From Catajapyx aquilonaris (Eukaryota): a stretch of 64,000 nucleotides of DNA. This document shows, one piece after another, positions 26,401 to 38,700 of this stretch (its first letter is position 1; the number at the start of each line of letters is the position of its first letter). The translations under genes and the position numbers were made by a program. Under the pieces are notes generated by a model, which ran no database searches, was not told the origin of the DNA, and saw nothing but the letters and a program-made list of their open reading frames with translations. The stretch is taken from NCBI GenBank assembly GCA_000934665.2, contig JYFJ02000128.1:62001-126000 (forward strand). Direction: 5' to 3'.

Positions 26401-29400
26401 TTTTTTTCTCCTAAAATTCTGGAATATATACACATTTGGTCTAAAAGTTTCTAGGGAGTCTCTTCATTCTCCAACAATTCATTTATGAAGAAACACTGAT
26501 GAGATTCTGCGTTCGGAAATTCACATGCCACAATATACTTCCTCTATACATACTGACACGCTTTGTAGGTCTCGCCTTGAAGGTGTTTGTGGACGTGACT
26601 CGATTCAAATGCAGGGTCCCCCGATATAATCTCGAATATGATGAGCACTCCTTCCGATTCCCTTCGCATTGTAACAGGCCAACACTCGATTCGTATCGAT
26701 ATCACGTTTTACTAATATTCTACTGTCAAGAACCCAACGTTCGCTTGCCCAACTAATTATTATACTAAACGCAACCTCACTTTGTTATTCTGCATGCAAA
26801 TTTTAAGCTGTTTGTTTACAAGCTGGACGTTTCATTCGATTGCAAAAAAGTGCTATCATCCTTACAGCCCTTAAATTGAAAGGTTTAATACTGCTACACT
26901 TGTTATAATGTTTCAATTACAGTTATTTGAGCGATGCATTAGCTCGTACATTTTTATACCATCCTCTTTGGGGCAGATCTTGAATATTCAACAAAACCAG
27001 TTTGATATAAGATAATCAGTCCCGATGGAAAACGCCGCTTTCATCTTGGATCAAAAAAAGCAGTTACGACAACGCCAATAAACAAGCTAATTGCGATTTA
27101 ATTGGCAATCAAAATGGATGAGCCTTACGCAAAATTCCACTACCGGCATGAAATATGACTCTTACTTGTACTTTCGGGGTTTCGTTTCAAAGTGACGTTA
27201 GGTTTATTGCCGGAAGGTTGCACCATAATGCTCAACACAGCGTGGTCCATTAACAAGGCTGAGATTGCGCAACTGAGATATTATCAAAATGCTTCGGGCG
27301 CAGTACAATGCGCTGAATTGTCCAAGAACTACCCAATTTGGTATGTCTCATGGGGGCCTTACCCGCTAATTCTCAAACTGGCATAAAACCGCTTCGATCA
27401 TCCGTATACATGAACAAGCGAGGATAACGGCATCGAAATGTATTATCAAACAGCTACACCACGTCCGATAACCATTGACGTGCATTGATATTCCCTCCCA
27501 AAGTAATTGCCTCGTATTTAATCCCTCCTGCAATTCATTTCCACACACTCTCTGCATGATAAAAAAAATTTAATCACTCCCAGTGCTGCAAAAATTTGTC
27601 ATTTTAATCAAGAGCCGGGGCTCACTCCTAAAAATAGACCTAGTGATGACTTTCTAGAACTAAATTTCTATAGGCCTACTACTTTTTTCCCCACCCCGTC
27701 AGGTCCTCATCTCTTTGATGTCCAGAATCCCTCACCTTCCTTTTACACCGCCACCTGAGGCCCATTCATGACACCTGGCACCTCGTTCTTCTCCATTACA
27801 CAAAAAACCGCGCACAAGTGAGTTAAACGAGACAGCGATCCTCTTTTTTTCCTATCAATACCAGAATCCTATTACGTCACTTGTGCCAGAACCAAATTTT
27901 CTGAGGCCCCATGAATCCTCTTATCCCCACTGTAATTGGCACGGCAGACCAATAAGCCACACGCCCCTCTCTTGACTTTTATTACTAGCAGTTCGCATGA
28001 CCGAGTCTTGCGCGCCCAGGATTGAACCTGTTATTATTGGTGCTCAGGAAGCGTACAAGTGAGCGTGCGGCGTATGTTTCACTGATAGTAGGTTCTTTAA
28101 AAAATAGGGAGGGATTATTTGAGAGGAGCGTTATTAACGGGGAGATGATTTAGGAGCTGTCGTGAAGAGACGGTTCAATCGGGGTTCGATTAACTTGAGA
28201 ATTTTGGTTCAGGCTTAGCAGTAGGGAGCTTCGGGGCTAAATATATATATTTTTTTGAAAATTGTTTCCATGGTTGGAGGGAATATGATACCTAAACAGG
28301 GTGGAATACAGCGGGTCGTGTTTTAAAAAAGCTAAGCGCTTGTTACCTGATTCGCATATAAACAGAAAAGCCTCTCTGCTACACCACTAGAGGCATAATG
28401 CTGCATTATTTTTTTTGAAGCCTGAGTTGCAATGGGTGTCAGTCACCCTTAGCCGTGATAGAGCATAATCAATGTTATGGCGCGTTCCACGTGCATTCCT
28501 CTACACCGCGTATTACAGTATACAGGTGCTGCACGAGAGTACAGCTATATGGTCCTTGAACGGTCAGTTGATCATGTGAGTGCTTCAATGGCTCACATAA
28601 AACAGGTGCCACATCCCAGGGCTGTTTAGCTTCATTGAGTGAGTTACGGTGTGTTCGGATGCAGCAGTTGTCAAAATATGTGTTCCCCTTCAGTCATGTC
28701 ATTTTCTTGCTTTTACAGGCCTACAGGCGCTTAGCAGGCAGGAAGCAGTAACACGCTCTTGTATGTTAAAACGGGACTGTATATTATATCTGCGTCAGTT
28801 CAACTCAATGACTGTAACAAGTAGAGTGGCTTAATCCACTGTACATTAAGCAAAAACTAACACAGAAGTTATTAACGAATGGACCTACAACTGTATGTAG
28901 GTCATGCTTGTGTAATGGATAAAAAGGCGTGGTGAAAAACATGCACAGTAGTCTAGAAAAAACACTAAATATAAGCAATGTTACATGTTGATTCGAGTCA
29001 TACAACTGGATACACCTACATCTTATATTAAACAATTTATAGGCCACAGCCGCTTCCTTCCGTCCCTATCCCATCCCCATATACGAGAAGTAAAAACTAA
29101 AGCAAGAGTTCCAGATTAAAAAAATATAGTGGTATCCCACCCCCCTAAGAGGGCCCATGGCTCTAGCTCGGGGTACAAATTATATTTATTATTATTTATA
29201 TTAAACAATTTCACCTTGTCATGAATTTGCATAGCATGTGCCGCATACAACGAATGCAATACCAGAATATATCTGTCATGTTATATGCTTATGGACATGT
29301 AACTTTTCTGTTAAACACGAACATCACTCAGGCGTAACAGAAATTACAGGCTTTACCCGAGGCTTTACCAGTGTAAAAAAGCAAACTCAATTATTAATTC

Positions 29401-32400
29401 TCGGCCAATCCACAAAAGTGTTGACTATTGAGAGCAAATCAAGCAGATGACTCAATCATCTCAAAATGAAAATTACTCCAGATTTAGCTCATAACATTTG
29501 TAAAATATACAATGTGAATTGTAGTCATACATTCTTACTCACCGTGTGGGTTGGGCCACTAATAGCCCATAACCTTTTCCAACATAACATAACAATCGCA
29601 AAAAATGCAATGTGTCGTATAATTCGCAAATAAATACATCAATTTTGACTTCATAAAAAACCCACATCGAATAGCGTTGCATCTCTAGTCTAAGCAAATA
29701 AAACAGTCTTCACCACAAAAAAAACAACAGGATAAGCAAATTCGGCACGGGAAGAGATTTGAATGGGCGTGGATGACACGCGGGAGACATGTAGCAAAAG
29801 ATGTTGCGCTCCGGTGGCCAAATATTTGCATACGAAAAGAAGGCGCGGGGGCAAGGACGGAAGGAAATGCTACTCCTTGCACAGCATCCCCCCCTACCAT
29901 ATATCTCGATCTGGCAACCGACCGCCCGCATTTTTGCATCCGGACAAACCCCCGTCGTGTGTGTGTGATCCCAGCTTAAGAGCCTTTGTGGACTAAATCT
30001 GCCATCAGTGTCAGAGCAAGTGACAGCCGAGTTCATAATTCAGCCTAAAATCCCGCTTGAAGTACCCCACCCACGGCTCATCGCTTCAAGTGGTATCTGA
30101 TTCTGCGTCACCTCGACATGTACTAATCACTCCTCTACACGAATACGCTCAGAATACGGAGAAAGCATGGGTTATCACCTAGTGGGCTCGGAAAGGTTCG
30201 GGAAACATCGCGTGCGATCGGGCGCGATCAGGCGCGTCGGGATGCAGCGTGCACCACACTTTTTCACAGTAATCCCATCTGTTAGCCAAAAACCATAAAC
30301 CGGTGCCAGCCCTCTCCAAAAAAAATCGGAGGCAGACGCGTCTAATTTTGGAACAGCAAATCCTTAGTTTTAGAGTTAAGTGCGAAACGACCACTTGACC
30401 TTAACGTACTCTTTGGACACTTCCCCAGTATCACTCAGGCTCAAAATAGAGGCGGAATAAAAAGGGGTGCTAGGGGCTACCCACAAAACGGGTCGAGTTT
30501 GAGGACCATTGCACGTACGGGACTGACTGAGAGACACCTCCGGACATCGCCTGTTTATCAACACTGCTCACATGTACACGTACCGAAAAGAGTCGCGTCA
30601 GCCAGTCGGGGGTCGCCAATGAGATGGGCAAACACAGTCCAACAGACGCCTGGCCAAACAATAGAACAATCCGATGCTCGGGGGCGTCTCTCATACTTTT
30701 GTTTCCTTAGCACCGGTACCAAATCTGATATGGTTCCTGGTATTATGGAACGTTATTTCTTCCAGGCTGTCTCAACTAGTGAGACCTAAGTCGGTCCAAC
30801 CTTAAAGACTCCGATTTCTAGCCAATCGATTATTGGGGAACAGATTACATCTTCTCTTACTCGAAATCTCCTAGAGGTTGCGGATCATCTCTCGAGGAGG
30901 GTGCGACATCCCCGGAGTGGTTCACAATCTTCGAGGAGTATTTACATGTCAGGTGAACTTGCCTCCTGAGGGCAAACTTCATTAGAATTCATGATACGCT
31001 CAAATATTTGAGGGACAGCAGTCGACAAGTGTTTCATTTTCATGTGACGAGAAGTTGTTGGATTTATTTGTTGACGAGGTAGCATTTCTTTATACAAGTC
31101 CTGCTGTTTCGCTCGACACCAGCACCTACAAAGTGAGGTTTACTAACATTTTCGCAGAGTCGTAAATAACTATAAAAAAATGCGACTTGTAACAGTGGCT
31201 CACGGGTGTTCTTATATCCTGTTTTTCCATGTAGAGTCCTGACACTTTGTAGCGTTAATACAACTGCTGCCGGACACTTTTCATTAACTTTATGGGTATA
31301 CAGGCATGTAATTACATGTTGTACTGGCATGACTAATGTACTGCACTGCATGTGCTTGACAAAATAAATGTCTGCTGTTCGGCACATATTAATATGGGGT
31401 TAATTCGTAGTTTCGCATTATTATTAACGACCACAGAATTATCCATAATGTAGTGGCCTGTACATTACAACGTGTAACTTGTACACCACGGGATACTTCC
31501 TGGATGACGCGACCAATTTTTCCATCTTAGCACAAACAAGGTTTTCTCCATTACTGCTGAAACACCTGAAACCTGAAATAAACCAGCTCTGAAAGTCACA
31601 ATTTTGGTGGTCTGGATCTGGACACTTTTCCCATGACGTTTGAACTATCATGTGCCAGTTCGGATCTGTTGAAAATACTGTACTAATAACTACGGTGACA
31701 TTTAGCTAGTGACTGCATGGCAACCCCATTCCGATTGTGCCCTGTAAGCAACATAATGAGCTTCTCTGGTTGCACCCGGAATATGGTTGGCCTTCAGCCA
31801 CGACAAACACGTGACAAAATCTGCCTTCTTGACACAATTAGTCATGCAGAAGAAAATTCTTCCTGAAAACTAATCATGGCACTAGTCCGGACTGGAAATC
31901 AACAAGTTCTGCCAATAATTATATTGTATAACATGTCGTGATTTTTTCCTTTCATAAGAGCAACCCCCTAAAAGGCATACGCGCCTTACTGAGAGTGGCC
32001 TGCTTATGTGCTTGTTGATACTTATAACTTCCGCACGTGCTATGTGTGAAGAACAAGTTAGCGCCACGTGAAGTTTCAAGTCATAGCATAGCCGAGTTGG
32101 CATTCTCCGGACCTTCCCCGTGACATCACCCTGGTTGTTAGTGGAGCAATGTTTCCAGGAAGGAAGTATTTATTAATTTTTTAGCCTACGCAGCTTAGTT
32201 TATTTTGTCAGGTGGATACCAATAGACTGGTGACTCACTTCCATTGTGGAGCATATCAAAAAGGCATAGTGTTGCATGTATAAAGTAGGCATTATATGCA
32301 TAAAGCATACATAATTGAGGTAGTGACTTGGGCTGTGTACCCTGACACTATACTCAAGAAGAATAATGCCCTCATCCTTTCCTTAATTGAACACGACACC

Positions 32401-34319
32401 CTGCATCCGACCAGCACCTTCGCCTCGCAATCGCACAGTGCGCCTCATCAATCACAAACAGCAAACCGCCAGTCCTCCTACCTGGCGTCCCAACTTTTGA
32501 TATCCCTCCGGGAGCACCCAACCTGACATGTAGCAGTAAGCAATCCATAAGATTGAATCCCAAGCAGCCCCATCTAAGCCTGGGAGGGCAATTAAAAAGG
32601 ACTGTCCCCCCTTGGGGTCTCATCATCAGAGAAACCCGGTCTAGGGCAAACCCCTGCAATTTTGCCGGCGCCTCTATGAGAGGGAAAAGGGTGGCGCCAA
32701 CTAAGATTCTTCCCGGGGCGTGAAATTGACAAATGAGTAGCTGGGCGCAACTCGGTCAAATGAGGCGTGCGATGCAGCATCAGGGTTGCCATGACGCGGT
32801 CGAAAGAGGACGCCACCAGCACTGGTAACACTGCTGGTTGGCCGCCATTATGGATTCGATTAACCGGGGGTAATAAGGTCTCGTGGGGATGAACCACTTC
32901 AAAGAGAGAGGAAGGGGTGCATGAAGTTGACCCAGGTCAATATTAGGTGTCGACGGAAAGGTCAGTGTCCCACTTGCCTGACCATTCATGTCAGAGCAAA
33001 TACTGGAGATCAAGAGATCCTCAGAATCTGGCTAATCAGTGTCAATCCAATTTAGACCCCCTTTTTTTTGAAGAGGCGCCAATTTGGTTTTCATGTCTCC
33101 TTCGGCCTTTTTCGTGAATGAGTCCTTGAGTGGATGCTGAATGGGGAAACTTTTCCTCCAGCTGTGAATGGCCGGTAATTTGAATGACTTGACTCTGAGG
33201 TGTTTTTCTGGCTCGCTTGGGACTTTTCCTCCAACTTTTTTTGGGGGTGGGACAAGACCCCTGCGAAATATGCCTCACTGCCCTTGAAACGTTCCGTTTT
33301 TCGCCTAGTCTAAAAAGGAATGTTTCTCCTTTAGGTTCGTTCAACCCCTTTTTTCCCTAGCTACTTCTGTGCGTGCGGTAGATAACGTCGCACATATCCA
33401 GCTTTATCTCCACCGGATTATGTGTTGCCCCGAGTCGTGCATAACCGGCTGCACGTGTTTTCTACCGGAAATAAATTGGCTCTTCATAACGCACCCCATG
33501 ATATGCAGGAAATTCCGAAGCGTGAAAATTAAAACGGGGCGATGGACACTATCGGAAAAACAACAATGCTCCGCTTGTTTCATTAATAGGAGTTAATACT
33601 ACGCATCATTAATTCAGCTATAAAATTATTAACCTACAGTGTTATGCGGCAAAGCATGCTTGCCTCACAGTCACCGCATGTGAGTTATAGTCTTGGACAG
33701 GCACTTCTCATTCCATAGTGGCTTGTGTATGTGAATTTTATAGAGCATAATTGAAATTAAATAGCGACGGTAATTACAGCTTAACTAATAACTGGGTGTG
33801 TCTATACACTGTACTTGAAATGATATTAAATAGAAAAGACCTGGGGACTTCCATTGTGAACTCAATAATACAGATGATATTATTTTACCCACTCAAATCC
33901 AATGCCAGATTGTATGTAATTGAACCCGTTTGACCATTATTTCAGCCCAAACAAACGTTTCGCAATGCCTGTGGTCATAACAGCAAACCTTACGGAACAA
34001 TAGGTCTACATCAAATAATAAAACTACTCGCCCCATCTCTATAGGGCAACAGTCGCTTCTCTGATCAAACACTCCCAATTAATTTTTTCCCTTAAAAAGT
34101 CACCAGATATCCTGGACGCAGAAAAAATTCACGTCCCTATAACCGCTGCTCGTAACTTACATTCAGCCAGATTGTTACCGCAAAAATAATTGGTCTCCAG
34201 TCTTGGTTGGTTCGGTGGAATCAACTACCATGCTCGTACCTTCTGCGGCTGTTAGTCACGACCGAGGCTTAATGCCAATTATCCATTTTCTATGCATACG
34301 GAATTCCTGCCTCCTAGTC

Positions 34320-34346
34320 ACTCACCTGAAAGGAAGAAAAGAGAGA
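34320..34346 (-). promoter_or_regulatory. Candidate recursive splice site (ratchet point): tctctcttttcttcctttcAG|GTGAGT
   Basis: An uninterrupted pyrimidine tract plus CAG is directly followed by a consensus donor GTGAGT. It is on the perlecan sense strand, inside the 43.5-kb intron. Confidence 0.65.
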
Positions 34347-37300
34347 CTTTATCAAAAGCCGGTGGATTTATGTCGGAAACCAACCTGTATGACGGCTACT
34401 GAAGCCATAAAACACTGTACGTCTCTGATTAAAACTAGTTTCCATTTTCACTCGTACAAGGTCCTCATTAACGGAACAGTGTTCTGCCAACTTTTTTTCG
34501 CGGAGGCAGGATGTTAAAGAGCTCATGTCAAAACACCTAAAGTCACTTCAGGTGCTTTGGTTGAAATAGGCACATGATTCAATTGGAGCGTGCACATACA
34601 CTTTGAATACAAATATGGCTGCAATGTGTGTTGCTGTTGCTGGGATAAAAAAAATAATCCGGACACAATTTAAAAACATTGATGTATCTGTCCAATCTGG
34701 GTGTCATGGACAAATACATTCCACATGATAAGTTAGTCACAATTTATTAAACAGGTTATCTACAAAATAATATTTCACATTGCAGCCATAAGTCTTTCGT
34801 ACGCTTAATTTTTATCTAAATTGGTCCAACTATACATGTCTTCTCTAATGTTTACCCACAAGTTCTGTCACTTGGATAATATCGTTGCATTTATTACAAC
34901 CCATGATAATATCATCTTTCGTCGGCACCATTTAGAAGTGATATCCGTACCATAAGCGGCATATCGGGGAGACCTAAATTAACGCTGTGCACACATCCAT
35001 TTTGGAACGTCCCCCATACGCTTGCATTATTAGGCCAGTCTTCAGGCGTCATCAAAATGACACCGCGGTTTTCATCAGTTAATTTATGAGGCTTTCCCCC
35101 CCAAAAAATGATAATAACCATTCGTGCCTCGGGGGTCGTGGGGGTCACCCTGTTCAGTCACCTTCCTTCCACACCCTCCATCCATCCCCTATGAAAGATG
35201 CCGGAAACCATCTCCAGTGTTTCACACGTGCCGACCTGCTTCTGGAATAACTCATGCGGGCTATACCACCCCCGTAGAAGCCGATTTGGTATTCACACCC
35301 ACAGCCACACTATTTTTTTCACTGCCGCCCCTTTCGCACAAGGTGTTCCAGAGCATTCTTCCAAAAAAAAATATATATGTAAAATCTGTGGAATCACTGT
35401 AATTATTCGGCCCACTTGAATGTGCATTCTCTGGATTTTGAGATTTTTTTTTCTGGCACCTACTATTATGCATTTTTAAAGTGTTGAATAGGTAAAGGAT
35501 GCATTTTCCAGAAAATCCTCCGTAGTTCCCGTATCTAATCCAGTTAAATGGTTTTTTAAACTTAAAACAATGGAATCTTTCTACACATAATTTCCTTTCC
35601 ACATACGTAATTATTTAAATTTTCTGCACAGTGGGGAGAGTGTAAAAAGGTGTCGTAAGTGTAAGATAAAAAGGTAAGTGTTCATATAGTGTATAGGCAA
35701 CAGCAGAAAGAAAAAATGCATAGAGAAATATATTCCTCCATGACTTTTTAGGAATCACTAATGGTCTCAAAATGTATTCTTTATGGTTCTGTTGCATTGT
35801 TTCTAGAAAATATCAAAAAATAAATAATTTTCCGAAAATTCTTGCCGAAAATTGTTCACTGCAGGTGGTTCAACTAAAGTGAAAAATAGTTCTACCTGTT
35901 GCGGTTAATTTCTGTTTTTATAGTTTGGATGAAAAATCCGCCCATATACTTATTACTGCGATTAGACGCAGTCACTCCACTTATTTACTTTGACTTGTGA
36001 ATGGAAATTCATTCCATTTACTCCATATGTTAATTCAAAATCTTTGTACATAAATAAGTGAAACAAAATGTTCCCTCCGTTTGTATAAAATTTTGAGCCC
36101 GAAGAAGACATCACTGCCAATAATAACATCCTCAAAAATTTACGGACAGTCCCCCTGCATACCTCTCCAGTAAGTAAACAAATATGTCCAAAATTATACC
36201 CCATGTTCTCCAGACCAAATTCTGCACATAATGTTACAGATTCTATGGAACACCCTTCACATTGGTTAGGATGCAAAGGACGTCTATAGGTACGGTCCAG
36301 AAACCTATGGGGGAGATGACTTTTACGAGATGCTGCCTTTATCCCTGAGGCTACATGATGACTCAACTGGGCTTCCAGAAAGGGAGAGGAGCAGGAAGGA
36401 TGAAGGGAAGAAGGGGGAGAAGGGAGTCCCAGTTTAACCCCTCCAGCCATCTTCTTTCACCCGGCTCATATTTTGCGCATAAATTATTCAAATGACTCCT
36501 GCCTTTCCCTTCTTCTTCTGTTAATGAGAGATCAAGACCACCGAAAAGGAGTGGCGCTTCTACAAAACTTTGAATATGTATTTTTTTTTAAATAAAAACT
36601 TCAACCATACGTTTTTTTTTAAAAAAAATAAAAGGAGCGCCCCTGTTTGGAGTGTCAGCAGGGCTGAGTGGGCCACGTGTCGCGTCATTTACGGGTTTTA
36701 AGGATCCTGATTACGCTGGCTAATTATAGGGATTTCCATCCCCACTTTTTGGAGGTCTAGGAGAGGGGGGTGGCTTTTTCCACAGTCCCTTTTATTCAAG
36801 CTAGTCACGACGCGGCACTTAGAAAGAGATGGGGCTTTGTAAATGAACCGAATCGACTTTGTAAGGGGGAGGTGATATTACAGCGATGGTTGACATCGAG
36901 CGAAAAAAAACTTGCATAATTATCTCAGCCACTTTTTTTCCTGGGAGGCAGGCAACCATGAGCTCATCTCTCATTCGCAGGGTGCGTATGTGCCAGGATA
37001 AAATTCCAAGTGGTGAAATATTATGCTGGGATGAATCATACACACACTGGGCGATTTTTCAGAGGCGGACTTCAAAGCGAGCTAGAAATATTTAAAATGT
37101 TGGCATAGTACACATGGTCCTTGTTAGCGCACCTAAAATGAGAGGAACAGTGCTGATATACGTCTACATTTTAATGTTATTTTAGTCCGAATTGCTGCTT
37201 CTGTACAGCAGATCTCTTTGTCACAACGACTATGAAAACGATACCCTGCAGGCTGCATAAGCTTGTAAAAATAACACGTCCGCTTCATCTCCGCATTTTC

Positions 37301-38489
37301 TCTACCGCATTTTCGAAAAACCCCTTCATATTCCCTCTTGACTTTTCCTGCATGTATTCCCTAAATTACACACAACCACTTCCCACTTTTTACACACAAA
37401 AATCCTCGCCTCCCCATAATCACCATGTCAATGCACTCTGACAAATTGGCCCCACCTCATACCCCCATAGTTCAACACCTCGGACAACCCCCCCATCCTT
37501 ACCTGATCTCCCCATGATACCCCAGGCTCCAATCCCAGCCTTCCTATTGGACCCTTTTTGTACCATCGATCCAGGCGGGCATTTCAGATGCTGTCCTCGT
37601 GCCCCCCTCAACCTCCCCTATAACCCCCCCTCGAACAGTTTACAAGTCATAAATCCCTTAATCTGACCCGATAATGGGAGGGAGAGCTAGGCCTTTTTCT
37701 CCTCTCCCTTGGTTGGGCAGTGTCAGGACATTTTTTGGTGTAACCCCCCCCCCCTCCCCCCTTTCTCTTTTGGCCACCCCCCACATTTTGAGTGAGTTTT
37801 CATTGGCATGCATGAGGCGGGCGTCGAGAGGACATTAGCGCCCGTGAAAAATGAGCCGCGATGAAAGGTGTGATTCTGGGAGATAGAGAGAGAGGGTGCC
37901 TAGTCCGGTGCTTTTAATTGGGAAGGCCCGGCAAAAGTTTTTAGAGGATGTGGCATATGTTAATTTTACAGCCCTCCATGTCCTAGAGAGCTTCATATGC
38001 CGCTAATATGACTGGAATATTATAGTTTCAGTGGGGTTGATGTTTCGTATTGCGAAACCTGACTTTTTGCTTGGTTTTGATGGATGGGGCTGGTTCCTAG
38101 CTAATGGCCTCGCAGAAGGTGGCCGTATTCATTTTCGCGAGGGTACTAGCAGCTATAAGCAATGTAATTATAGAGCCTAGACTAAATATAAACCAGACGA
38201 GAGCATCGCGCGATGCCGGTTATTGTACGGACTGTGGGTATATAAATATTTCCAGCATCCGAACCGGACCGGTTTAGACAAATTTGACTTGTATGTATAG
38301 CTAGTACGACTTCATACCCGCAAATGTAACATCAATCGTCGGAACAAACGCATTAAAATCACAAACGACAGAATAGCCCTTTGACTATTGCAATATCGGT
38401 TATTCAACATAACACAGATACACCACAGATAGACGTAATGACCATTGTAATGCCATGTAACTGCCAGTAATTACATGAAAAAGTCATTT

Positions 38490-38700
38490 AATCCTGACAT
38501 CAACGCAACGTCTTTGACCGGCCCGACAAGTGACAAGTGCACATTAGGCGCTGTCACTCTCCCGGCGTTAATACCCAGTCTCCAATCAAGCTGAAAGTCC
38601 CCTGTGGGACACCATTGCTGCCATCCTCGTAAGTGAATCGAGCCTTGGCGCACACTTGGCCTAAACCTTGATATTTTCCCCTGTAAGAAGGACTCTCCCG
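38490..38700 (-). mobile_element. Non-LTR reverse transcriptase remnant
   Basis: GVPQGT at about 38596-38613, followed in another frame by HLSLVGPVKDVAL, which sits where the YADD region would be. Confidence 0.4.

Noticed and set aside
26490..27310. Faint CR1/L2-like endonuclease (SEIHMPQY) and RT-tail (AWS...IAQL..YQNA) motifs
   Set aside because: Too short and divergent to call without a profile search.
29537..29640. Hydrophobic stretch ending in a phase-0 GTGAGT donor as an alternative signal exon
   Set aside because: No Met precedes the hydrophobic segment. The exon at 61154-61255 is far better.
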